From contig JBHLOG010000003.1 in the NCBI GenBank assembly GCA_048940765.1, positions 456-64,455 of the forward strand: a stretch of DNA of 64,000 nucleotides, written 5' to 3'. The notes below the pieces were generated by a model, which worked only from the letters and a program-made list of their open reading frames with translations, searched no databases and was not told the origin of the DNA. The translations under genes and the position numbers were made by a program. How positions within the stretch are numbered: the stretch's first letter is position 1; every line of letters starts with the position of its first letter. Below are positions 10,066 through 19,747 of the stretch, in pieces. The stretch is from Promethearchaeota archaeon. Its GTDB lineage: Archaea > Asgardarchaeota > Lokiarchaeia > Sigyniarchaeales > SOKP01.

Positions 10066-12312
10066 ATGATGAGAGGAGGTGAAATCTTGACTGAAGTTAA
10101 TTGTAAAATTTGTGACGAGAAGATTAAATTCGATCCTAATAATCCTAAAACTTATATCCATAAATCTGAATCCGGTAATCTAATGATTGGAAAGTTATTT
10201 ACCATTCGAATAGGGCACCGAGCTGGTTCAGGTAAATCACATATTAATGTGATTGTTATAGATGAACAAGGTGCTTATAGAGCTCACAAAGATTATTATG
10301 AAGAAAAGGAAAGTATAGAAGGAACTCCTGATCTATGGAATGATCTTCAGCGTGATATACCCATAGAACTTCGTCCATACTTAGCTTTCGCGAATACTGA
10401 AGAAAGAAAAATACTAACCGCTAATTGTGAACCATTTAGAAAAACTGTAATTGAATGGTATAACACTTTAACAGAATTGAAAAATAGCAATCCTCATAGT
10501 CAATTTTTCAAATTCTTGGCTGTTAAATGGGGTTTTATAATTGGAAAAGGAAATGATATCATAAATTATAAATATGAACCCGATTCTTGGAGCTACTTAT
10601 TATATTTGCGTCTCCTTGCAAGGTTTAAACCCTCACCAGATTTACTAGAACAAGCAAAGAAAGTCAATATGAGTTCATCTCCTATTTTGATTCAATTAGA
10701 AGCTGCAATTGCTAAAGCAGAGGTCTTTCTTCGTTTAAGTGCTTATGAACATCTTGAGGCATTGTACAACGAATGCAAGAAAAAATGGGGGAATCAAACT
10801 TCTATAGAAATGAAATCAGGAATGATGTTATTACAGGGTTATTATGGTTTTAGGTTATACTTTCTTCAAAAAATTAATGATGCGATTAATTTGATTGAAC
10901 CTGTTTTTAATTTTGGACAAATTACAGAGAACCGGGAAATCATAAGCGTAGCAGGAAATTTTTACGCAGCTGTTATTCAATCTAGTGGAGACTTAGAAAA
11001 AGCACTCAATATCTTCGAAATTGTTTTAGAAGTTAGTGAAGATATGGGTGATGAACGAACCAAAGTTGTTATTTCTACTAATATGTCAGTTATTGAATCG
11101 AAGCAAGGATTATATGATGAAGCCTTAAAACGCCAGCAAAATGTTCTTACTTTACCTGTCGTTCAAGCCGAATTTTTCTTAAAAATCTCGATTATGAGTA
11201 TCTATGCTGAAACGCTTTTTATTGCTGAACGCTATGATGAATCAAGAAAAGTATGTCAGACTCTTCTTTTAGAAAAGAAGATACCTACTTATTATAAAAT
11301 TGATGTTCTTTCTACCCTTAAAAGAATTGCTGGGAAAACACATTCTCATGGACTATTAACTCTTGTAAAAAATAATCTTCCAGAAGATAAGGATTTTATG
11401 GAATCGCCAGTAGGTCATATTTTTATGCATGATCTTGAAGCAATAGAGGGGGAATTAAATAATAATTGGATTAAATTGATCGATAATTTAAATAAAGAAA
11501 GAGAGATTATGTTTAAAAATCAATCTGTTGAAAATGCCAGCGATATTGAAATTCGACTTGCTGAAGCATATTTTAAATATTTTCAAGATACTAAAAAGCT
11601 AGAATATCTAAATCACTCTTATAATCATTTAGATTTAGCTAAAACGATCGCTCTAGAAAATCAGAGTTATCTGGATCTTTGCAGATTAGTTATGCTTAAA
11701 GGATTATTAGTAGCAGAAAATAAATTACCAGAACAAGCAAAAGTTTATTTTGAAGAAGCATTAAAAACTGCACGTGAATTTAATTTATCACATCTAGAAA
11801 AAGAAATAAATGAAAATCTAGAACAATTGGATAGAGGGATTATAGAAAAATCAGCTGGTTCAATTTTACGCAGAATGTTTAACCGATTAACATTCAGAAA
11901 ATCTGAGGAAGTAAAATCAAAAAAAGAAAGTACCGTTTATACAATGTTTATAGGGACACATGACTCTGCTTGGGAATTAATTTTACAAAATGAAAAGAGT
12001 GGTTCTTGGAAAGATATTAACTATATCCTTGGATTTCATGATCTCTGGAATAATATAAGAAATAATATGATTCAACACCAAATTAATTATTTTACAGTAA
12101 GTAGAGGGGCTGTACTAATAGAAAATTCAGCTCATTTCCAGTTATTTGCTTTATGTGATCAATTAGATTATATGACTCGCTTAAAGATTCAAAATCTCCT
12201 ACCAGAATTAGAGAACTTTTCTTTTAGGCATATTCCAGAAGAATTAGAAAAAAAAGTACTGAATTCACTCAAAAAAGATATTGGGAAATTCTCTAAAGTA
12301 GAAAATTACTAA
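10066..12312 (+). CDS. TPR/helical-repeat protein with N-terminal Cys/His zinc-binding motif and possible C-terminal longin-like domain
   Basis: CKIC...H...H N-terminus, TPR-like helices (GDLEKALNIFE, GLYDEALK), beta-beta-alpha-beta-beta-beta-alpha C-terminus; follows the GTPase gene. Confidence 0.55.
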   Translation: MMRGGEILTEVNCKICDEKIKFDPNNPKTYIHKSESGNLMIGKLFTIRIGHRAGSGKSHINVIVIDEQGAYRAHKDYYEEKESIEGTPDLWNDLQRDIPIELRPYLAFANTEERKILTANCEPFRKTVIEWYNTLTELKNSNPHSQFFKFLAVKWGFIIGKGNDIINYKYEPDSWSYLLYLRLLARFKPSPDLLEQAKKVNMSSSPILIQLEAAIAKAEVFLRLSAYEHLEALYNECKKKWGNQTSIEMKSGMMLLQGYYGFRLYFLQKINDAINLIEPVFNFGQITENREIISVAGNFYAAVIQSSGDLEKALNIFEIVLEVSEDMGDERTKVVISTNMSVIESKQGLYDEALKRQQNVLTLPVVQAEFFLKISIMSIYAETLFIAERYDESRKVCQTLLLEKKIPTYYKIDVLSTLKRIAGKTHSHGLLTLVKNNLPEDKDFMESPVGHIFMHDLEAIEGELNNNWIKLIDNLNKEREIMFKNQSVENASDIEIRLAEAYFKYFQDTKKLEYLNHSYNHLDLAKTIALENQSYLDLCRLVMLKGLLVAENKLPEQAKVYFEEALKTAREFNLSHLEKEINENLEQLDRGIIEKSAGSILRRMFNRLTFRKSEEVKSKKESTVYTMFIGTHDSAWELILQNEKSGSWKDINYILGFHDLWNNIRNNMIQHQINYFTVSRGAVLIENSAHFQLFALCDQLDYMTRLKIQNLLPELENFSFRHIPEELEKKVLNSLKKDIGKFSKVENY

Positions 12313-12451
12313 TTTTATCTTTTTTTCTCTTTTTAAGTAGAAATATTTCATTTTATTCGATATAAATATTATTATAAAATAAAATTCAATTATTATTATT
12401 CCAAGATCCAAAAAAAATAATTTAATGCGCAATGAAGGTTTGATGTGAGTT

Positions 12452-13816
12452 ATGGATATACTATATCAAGAAAAAAGAAAGAAAACTTTTCGTTCACTTT
12501 TTTTTCTCTATTTTATGATATATTTTTTTATAGGGATAATGCCAGTTAATATTGATAATTTATTAGTATATCTTCCGAGGACAACAAAATTTGGAGTTGG
12601 ATTAGTTATAGCTTCCACTTTACTCGTAGGAATAATTAGTATATTATTTTTTGGTTATTTTACTGATAAGATTGCTGAAAAACATTCTAAGAAAAAGATT
12701 TTTGTTTTTTCTAATTTATTATGGATTTTTGGATATGGTTTAGCAGCCTTATCCTTAGACTATTATTATTATTTAATTTTTCTTATAATAAGTGCGATTG
12801 GCACAGGAGCTTTTTTACCGATAGGTTTTTCGATGATAGGAGACTTTTTTCCACCACAAGATCGAGGAAAAAAATTTGGAGTTATGAATTTTGCTTTAAT
12901 TTTAGGTAATGGTATGGGGATAATTATTGGTGGTTTTATGGGAAGTTATACAGCTGGACCTTTAGGATGGAGATTGGCTTACATCCTCGGTTTTATATTA
13001 GGAATTTTAACTCTTTTCAATTACATTTTTGAAGGTATTGAACCTGAACGTGGTCGTGCTGAACCTGAATTTGAAGATTTTAAGGGAGAAATTAATTATA
13101 ACTACAAAATTTCTGTTAAAAATCTTACTGAATTATTTCAAAAGAAATCAATTGGAGCAATTTTAATTTATGTACTATTTTCTGGAATTGCTACCTCTAC
13201 CCTTGGTACATGGGGTATTTTTTATTTAACTTCCAAAATTGAGGGAACAAATGCAGAATTAACTGCCACTACAATATACTTACTTGCAGGAGCGGGTGCA
13301 CTTCCAGGTACCATTCTGGGAGGAAGATTAGGAGATTCATATTTATATAAGGGAAAAATGAAAGGACGTGTGATTATTTCGATTGCTGGTATTGCTTTTG
13401 GTGTCGTTTTTACACTTATTTTCTTTTTAACTCCATTTTTTACAGCAAATATAATACAAGTTGTTTTTTCATATATATTTTTCATTTTAATTGGTTTTTT
13501 GGGATATATGCTGACAAATTTCCCCATAGGGAATCAATTTGCTATATACTCAGAATTGTCTGTTCCTGAATTAAGAAGCACCGCCAATGCTATGAATGGT
13601 TTAATGGTAAATATAGGGGGTATTATTGGAAATTTATTATTATCATCTTTAATTGAAAGAAATATATCATGGTTACCAATTACCATCTCTTTAATTTTAT
13701 TAATATGGTTAATTGGAGCCCTATTTTGGTTAATACCATACTTTTATTATCCAAAAGAATCTGAAAAGACTAGATTACTATTATTAGAGAGAAGAAATGA
13801 ATTAGAAAGAAGTTAA
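12452..13816 (+). CDS. MFS transporter
   Basis: About 12 hydrophobic segments; GYFTDKI and GGRLGD motif-A variants; DFFPPQDRGK. Confidence 0.9.
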   Translation: MDILYQEKRKKTFRSLFFLYFMIYFFIGIMPVNIDNLLVYLPRTTKFGVGLVIASTLLVGIISILFFGYFTDKIAEKHSKKKIFVFSNLLWIFGYGLAALSLDYYYYLIFLIISAIGTGAFLPIGFSMIGDFFPPQDRGKKFGVMNFALILGNGMGIIIGGFMGSYTAGPLGWRLAYILGFILGILTLFNYIFEGIEPERGRAEPEFEDFKGEINYNYKISVKNLTELFQKKSIGAILIYVLFSGIATSTLGTWGIFYLTSKIEGTNAELTATTIYLLAGAGALPGTILGGRLGDSYLYKGKMKGRVIISIAGIAFGVVFTLIFFLTPFFTANIIQVVFSYIFFILIGFLGYMLTNFPIGNQFAIYSELSVPELRSTANAMNGLMVNIGGIIGNLLLSSLIERNISWLPITISLILLIWLIGALFWLIPYFYYPKESEKTRLLLLERRNELERS

Positions 13817-13825
13817 AAATTAAAT

Positions 13826-14932
13826 TTATTTGATTACATTCTGTTCAAACATTTCTTTATTAAGCTCTACCCCTAATCCGGGTTTCTCAAGTGCCTTTAC
13901 GTATCCATTTTCCGCTTTTATTGGCTCCTCTAGTATTTGATATTCATCGGGAATGAATGGAAATTCACACCGATCACAGCGTGTTGACATTATAACGTGT
14001 AAATTAGCTGCAAATATATGGCCAAATCCGAAGATATGTGGGATAAACCCTACACCCTTTACTTCTGCCATTGCATCAATCTTTTTCATTTGGAGAAATC
14101 CACCTGTTCGAGTTGTATCTGGCTGGATAATATCAAATGATTCTCTTGAGAGAATATCTTCAAAACGAAAAATTCCCATATCATTTTCACCTCCAGCAAT
14201 TTCAACAGGGGATTTTTTTCTTATTTTTGCCAATCCATTAAGATTATCTGTTGAAATTGGTTCCTCTAACCAATTCACATCATATTTTGCACATACATCT
14301 GCAACTCTAAGAGCTTCACTTACAGATTGATAAGCAGAATTTGCATCAACCATAATCTCAATATCTGGAAATGTTTCTCTTACTTCTTTTAGCAATTCTT
14401 CGTCTTTTTTAAGTCCATTTCCAATCCTTAGCTTTACTCCCTTAAATCCTCCGAGCTCCGGTTTTAAAGCGGATTCTACGGCACCAACAGCAGCTTTAGC
14501 GCTATAGCCACGAGGCATGGAAGCATATGCCTTTACTTTATGTTTTCTTCCTCCTAACAATTTATATATTGGTTGTTTAGTTGCCTTCCCTATTATATCC
14601 CAACATGCAATCATTATAGCTGAAGTAGAAGTAGGGATACCAAACATAATTCTATTTGTATTTTGATATATTTCATGAAAGATTTCTTCCACCATAAAAG
14701 GATCCTTTTTTATCACGAGTTTTTTTAATGCTTCATCAATAAACTGTTTCTGGGCCAGATTACTTAAATTCCAGTGAGACAATGCCCATCCATCTATACC
14801 CTCATCTGTTATTAGATTTGTATAAAGGCCTGTTGCCTTAAATCTAGGCATAGATCCGATCTTAATTTTAAAATCGAGCTCTAATAAGTAAGTCTTAACA
14901 TCTGTAATAATCATAATTTTATATCTACTCAA
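13826..14932 (-). CDS. Mandelate racemase/muconate-lactonizing enzyme (enolase superfamily)
   Basis: WDIIGK...PIYKLLGG, KLRIG, MVDAN, WLEEP, GGEN, QPD, PH. Confidence 0.9.
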   Translation of the reverse strand: MSRYKIMIITDVKTYLLELDFKIKIGSMPRFKATGLYTNLITDEGIDGWALSHWNLSNLAQKQFIDEALKKLVIKKDPFMVEEIFHEIYQNTNRIMFGIPTSTSAIMIACWDIIGKATKQPIYKLLGGRKHKVKAYASMPRGYSAKAAVGAVESALKPELGGFKGVKLRIGNGLKKDEELLKEVRETFPDIEIMVDANSAYQSVSEALRVADVCAKYDVNWLEEPISTDNLNGLAKIRKKSPVEIAGGENDMGIFRFEDILSRESFDIIQPDTTRTGGFLQMKKIDAMAEVKGVGFIPHIFGFGHIFAANLHVIMSTRCDRCEFPFIPDEYQILEEPIKAENGYVKALEKPGLGVELNKEMFEQNVIK

Positions 14933-15037
14933 ATTAATTAATAATAGTATACTTTTTTTTTTAGTTAAATTTTTAGAATAAGAAGAATTTTTTTTTTTGA
15001 ATAAATAGTAATTATTTTCTTTTGAAAAATTCTCAGA

Positions 15038-16087
15038 TTGGTTGCGGTGTCAAATACAATTAATGGTTCAATAGAAAAAAATCCTAATGAAGACTTATGC
15101 ATTGTATATATTTTGTATTTTGACGAAAAGAAAGGACAAATTCCTCTATTAATGTATCCTGATGATAGACTCAGAAATAATAAAAAATACATGCGACCAA
15201 TAAATTATCATCCTGTTTGGTTTTTAGAAACGGAAGAACTTGATCATATAGATTTAGAATACAAAGGTTATACATTTTTTGGCAAAAAATTTAAAACTAA
15301 ATCAAAAAGGGAAAAAAGAAGAGCTGGACTTGAAGAAGAAACTCCAGAAACAATAGTGATTATCGTTTCACTCCCCGTAGAGCTAGAAATATTTGGTGAT
15401 GAGCTCATTAAAAAATTAGCAAATCAATTAAGAGATAAATTCGAAGATCAATTTACCGAAGTAATAGAAAGTGAAATTGTAGCAGATAATGTAATAAAGA
15501 CACCAAAAATTCAAGAACGAATATCTAAGGGAACAAAAATTAAAGTATTTATGCGCGAGCTAATTGATAATACAGTAAAAGATTATTTTGCGACAGCCAT
15601 TGAAAAAAAAGCAGAATCACCGTCTATTAAGACCCAAAAAGCAATTTCCTATTTTGCATTGAAAGGATTTGAATTTTCTCCATCTAGTAGTTTTAGAGGA
15701 ACAAGTGATTTTGAAGATGTAGAACTCTTTGATTTTGTAAAGAAATCAACTGAGGATATTGTTTCAAAACTTCCAATCTCAATTAATAAAATAAATTTCA
15801 TTGAAAATAGCCAAGAACTTGAAATTATGGCTAAAAATAATACAAATAAAGAATTGACACATATTTCAATAACAATTACTCATGTAAAAGAATATTTTGA
15901 AAAAGAAATAATGAATCAACGTGTTGAATTTTGGTTCCCTCAAGAGGAACTCTTGTTTGTTTCACCAGTAGTTCCTCATATTGATGAATATTTAGTTACT
16001 ATTAAAAGACAAGATAGTGAGGGAGAAGACCAAAAAATATTAACCCAAATGATTGATTTAAAAACAATAAATAAAATAACAAGTTAA
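15038..16087 (+). CDS. Hypothetical protein with uDENN/longin-like N-terminus
   Basis: IVYILYFDEKKGQIPLLMYP resembles the FD...G.....YP start of uDENN/longin domains; beta-rich C-terminus. Confidence 0.5.
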   Translation: MVAVSNTINGSIEKNPNEDLCIVYILYFDEKKGQIPLLMYPDDRLRNNKKYMRPINYHPVWFLETEELDHIDLEYKGYTFFGKKFKTKSKREKRRAGLEEETPETIVIIVSLPVELEIFGDELIKKLANQLRDKFEDQFTEVIESEIVADNVIKTPKIQERISKGTKIKVFMRELIDNTVKDYFATAIEKKAESPSIKTQKAISYFALKGFEFSPSSSFRGTSDFEDVELFDFVKKSTEDIVSKLPISINKINFIENSQELEIMAKNNTNKELTHISITITHVKEYFEKEIMNQRVEFWFPQEELLFVSPVVPHIDEYLVTIKRQDSEGEDQKILTQMIDLKTINKITS

Positions 16088-16089
16088 AT

Positions 16090-16578
16090 GTGAAAATAAG
16101 AATGCCAAATCAAGAAATTCAAGAAGAAGACATAATTATTAGGAATTATCGTACATCTGATTATCAAGCAACCTTAGAAATTCTAAAAGAACTAAATGAA
16201 ATGTTTGATATTGGATTTAATGAGAAACAATGGAGAGAATCTAGTGGTTTGCGTCAATTTAAACCTAACCTTAAAAGAATAACTCTGATCGCAGAATTGA
16301 AGTCAACTGGAGAGGTGGTTAGCATGGGAATGATTGAAGCAGTAAAAAATACACTTGGACAATATATTGGTTATTTAGATAATTGGGCTACAAAAAAAGA
16401 ATTCATTGGTAAGGGAGTTGGGAAACTCTTAGCCGATAAAGCGATTCAAATTCTAGAATCATGGGGAACAGATTCTATTCGAATTAACCTCGCCTACACA
16501 ACTGATAAAAAATTATTAGATGTTTTTGCTAAAACAGGCTTTCAACCGATAATCACAGTTCTTGAAAAAAGATTTTAA
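16090..16578 (+). CDS. GNAT-family acetyltransferase
   Basis: IRNYRTSD, EFIGKGVGKLL acetyl-CoA motif A, C-terminal F..TGF. Confidence 0.8.
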   Translation: MKIRMPNQEIQEEDIIIRNYRTSDYQATLEILKELNEMFDIGFNEKQWRESSGLRQFKPNLKRITLIAELKSTGEVVSMGMIEAVKNTLGQYIGYLDNWATKKEFIGKGVGKLLADKAIQILESWGTDSIRINLAYTTDKKLLDVFAKTGFQPIITVLEKRF

Positions 16579-16582
16579 ATTG

Positions 16583-17971
16583 TTACCGAGTAAGTTTTTC
16601 AAATCTAGCCTGGAAAAACCGCAAATGTTTCGGCTCAAAAACCATTTTTAAACCTATTATTGAATCCCTTTTCTCATAGAGTCTTATTATTGATTCTGCG
16701 GTGTATTCCATATGAGTATTAGTATACACTCTTCGAGGAATCGTCAGTCTCACAAGCTCTAATTTTGGAAATATATTTTCTCCAGTTTCCTTATCTCGTC
16801 CTTTTGACACAGCACCTCGTTCCATGGTTCTTACTGCTGAATCCTCATAAATAGCTGCTGCTAATGTTTGAGCAGGCCATTGGTCTCTTGGAAGGTGAGG
16901 TAAGAATTTTAAAGCATCAAGAAAGACACCATGACTACCAATTGGCCTTACTATAGAAACTCCTGCATTCATCAATAATTCGCCTAAAAAACGTACTTGA
17001 TTGATTCTATATTTCAAATATTCATATTGAGCACCCTCTCGTAAACCTTGAGCAACGGCTTCCATGTCTCGACCTGCCATTCCGCCGTACGTATGAAGCC
17101 CTTCGAATAAAACAACCATTCCTCTTGTATAATCGAATATATCTTTGCTATGAGTCGCTAGAAATCCGCCCATGTTAACTAAACAATCTTTCTTTGCGCT
17201 ATATATACAACCATCAGTATAACTCATCATTTCTCTGAGAATGTCCACTATAGGAGTATTTTCATAGCCTTTTTCTCGCTCTCTAATAAAATAAGCGTTT
17301 TCACTCGATCTGGTTGCATCAACGATAATCTTTAACCTATAATCATCACAGAATTCCTTTAATTCTCGTAAATTTTGCATTGAGACTGGTTGACCCCCTG
17401 ACATATTAACATTAAACTCTAAATTTACGAAAGCGATCTTTTCTAGGCTGTATTCGTCGATATATGCTTGAAGTTTCTTTAAGTCCATATTTCCCTTAAA
17501 TGGATGTAGATTTTGGGGATCATGTGCTTCATCGATTATAGCATCAACCATAGTTCCTCCTGCCAATTCAACATGAGCTTTCGAGGTTGTGAAATACATA
17601 TTTCTTGGAACAATTTGTCCTGGTTTTGTAAGGTGACCATACATTAAATGTTCTGCGCCACGTCCTTGATGAGTAGGCACGATATATTTATATCCTAAAA
17701 TATCTTGTATAGCTTTTTCAAGGTTATAGAAACTTCGTGCACCAGCATAAGCCTCATCACCCAACATCATTGCTGACCACTGAGCATCTGACATGGCAGA
17801 TGTTCCAGAATCAGTTAGGAGATCAATATAGACATCCTCTGATTTTAACAAAAATGTATTATAACCCGCTTCTTTAATTGCTTCAGTCTTTCTTTTTTGA
17901 TCTGGCATACTAACATGCTCAATCATCTTGATCTTAAATGGTTCTGGAGGTCCATTCATTTTATTCATCAA
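16583..17971 (-). CDS. tpl: Tyrosine phenol-lyase (beta-eliminating lyase family)
   Basis: IDLLTDSGT, GDEAYAG, SAKKD (PLP Lys), RLTIPRRVYT; ERG and LRFF residues match TPL rather than tryptophanase (LRHF). Confidence 0.85.
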   Translation of the reverse strand: MMNKMNGPPEPFKIKMIEHVSMPDQKRKTEAIKEAGYNTFLLKSEDVYIDLLTDSGTSAMSDAQWSAMMLGDEAYAGARSFYNLEKAIQDILGYKYIVPTHQGRGAEHLMYGHLTKPGQIVPRNMYFTTSKAHVELAGGTMVDAIIDEAHDPQNLHPFKGNMDLKKLQAYIDEYSLEKIAFVNLEFNVNMSGGQPVSMQNLRELKEFCDDYRLKIIVDATRSSENAYFIREREKGYENTPIVDILREMMSYTDGCIYSAKKDCLVNMGGFLATHSKDIFDYTRGMVVLFEGLHTYGGMAGRDMEAVAQGLREGAQYEYLKYRINQVRFLGELLMNAGVSIVRPIGSHGVFLDALKFLPHLPRDQWPAQTLAAAIYEDSAVRTMERGAVSKGRDKETGENIFPKLELVRLTIPRRVYTNTHMEYTAESIIRLYEKRDSIIGLKMVFEPKHLRFFQARFEKLTR

Positions 17972-18292
17972 TTTATCAAATTATTAAATATAAGTGAATT
18001 AAGAATATAAATTTGAAAAAGTTTTCGAAGTATCCCTACCCATAATTATCCCATTAAAGAGGAATCAGTTTCAAAATTCTTAGGTTAGACGATATAGATG
18101 TTCTCTTGTAACCTATGAATGCCTTTAATTAAAAAATAGAACTTAAAGAATTAAATCTCTCTAAGAAAGAATATTTTTTATTTCACTTTTTTATTCTAAT
18201 TGAGGAAATATATTTATTTTGATACATTCAATTCATATATAATCAAAATTTAAAAATGATTATTAAAATCAAAAAAGGGAGAATATAAAAAA

Positions 18293-19732
18293 TTGATTGG
18301 AATTAAATCGTATGGAGCATATTTACCAAAATATTTATTACCTAGAGAACTTATTGGAAAAGCATGGGATTTTCCAATCGTTCCTGGTACGAAAGCAGTT
18401 GCTATGGCAGACGAAGATAGTCTTACAATGTCAGTAGAAGCAGGATTAGACTGTTTGAGTGGTTTTGATCCCAAGACTATTGATGGATTATTCTTTGCAT
18501 CAACAACTCAAGTCTATACAGAAAAGGATTCCGCTTCATTAATCGCAACTATTTTAGATATGAGAGAAGATATCATCACAGCAGACTTTACAGATTCTTT
18601 AAAGGCGGGTACAACTGCAGTAACACGAGCAGTTGATACTATTAAGGCTAATAAAGATATTAAAAGTATCCTCGTAGTAGCGGCAGATACTAGAGCTCCA
18701 GAGCCATCAACAATGTGGGAATATGGATTTGCTGATGGTGCAGCTGCATTACTAATTGCAGAAGGTGATAATTTACCTTTATCTATTGATGATTATTATT
18801 CCGTTTCAGCTAACGTAACAGGACCTTGGAAACGAGCCGAAAAAGATAAATTTATACGTACTTTTGAAGTCAAAATGGACACTAAATTCTATTTTGAGAG
18901 CGTTACAAAGGTTATGTCTGAAATTTTAAAGAGAAATAATTTAAAACCAGAGGATATTAGTACAGCTGCCTATTATTATAATAATCCTAGACTGCATGGC
19001 AGAGTATCGAAATTGATGAAATTTGGCGGAGGAGTTGCTCAAAATAGTGTATTTTTTCAACTTGGTGATTTAGGGACTCCAATGCCCTTTATACTTCTCA
19101 TTGGTGCTCTAAGAAGACCTAAACCTGATGCTAAAATTATTATGGCTGGATTTGGAGATGGAGCAGATGCAATTCTAATGCAAGTCCAGGATAGGGATGC
19201 TCTTAGAAATCTTGGAAAAACGAGAATGGGTTTAATTGGTCATCAAAAATCTATGAAAAACCTAAATAATTATAACAAATTTCTTGATTTTAAGGAGGTT
19301 ATCGAAAAGGACAGATATACGAGGAAAAGTTCTGCAGTTTTAATATGGCGTGATACAGCATCCGTATATAAATGGTATGGTGTTAAGTGCAAAAATTGTG
19401 GAGCGATACAATATCCAGATATGCTTCGTTCATGTTATTTATGTAGAGCAGATGATCAATTTGAACGCGTAAAACTTAAAACAAAAGGTACAATTTTTAC
19501 ATTTACTTTAGATCATTTAGTAGGTGGTACTTATCTTGATACTCCTGTTCCTCGGTGTGTGATTGATTTAGACGGTGGTGGAAGAGTTCTATTAAACATG
19601 ACTGAAATCGAAAAGCCTGAAGAAAACGTTCAAATTGGTATGAAAGTAGAATTAACCTTTAGAAGAGAACATGAAGGTGCAGAATTTATAAATTATTATT
19701 GGAAATGTCGTCCCGAAAGGGGGAGACTATAA
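18293..19732 (+). CDS. HMG-CoA-synthase-like domain fused to DUF35 zinc-ribbon/OB-fold
   Basis: GIKSYGAYLP, DEDSLTM, GAAA; C-terminal CKNC...CYLC, GTIFTFT, IGMKVELTFR. Confidence 0.85.
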   Translation: MIGIKSYGAYLPKYLLPRELIGKAWDFPIVPGTKAVAMADEDSLTMSVEAGLDCLSGFDPKTIDGLFFASTTQVYTEKDSASLIATILDMREDIITADFTDSLKAGTTAVTRAVDTIKANKDIKSILVVAADTRAPEPSTMWEYGFADGAAALLIAEGDNLPLSIDDYYSVSANVTGPWKRAEKDKFIRTFEVKMDTKFYFESVTKVMSEILKRNNLKPEDISTAAYYYNNPRLHGRVSKLMKFGGGVAQNSVFFQLGDLGTPMPFILLIGALRRPKPDAKIIMAGFGDGADAILMQVQDRDALRNLGKTRMGLIGHQKSMKNLNNYNKFLDFKEVIEKDRYTRKSSAVLIWRDTASVYKWYGVKCKNCGAIQYPDMLRSCYLCRADDQFERVKLKTKGTIFTFTLDHLVGGTYLDTPVPRCVIDLDGGGRVLLNMTEIEKPEENVQIGMKVELTFRREHEGAEFINYYWKCRPERGRL

Positions 19733-19747
19733 AGGAGGTAATATAAA

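Noticed and set aside
16583-17971. Tryptophanase (tnaA) call
   Set aside because: The C-terminal LRFF and ERG residues fit tyrosine phenol-lyase better, though this rests on recalled motifs only
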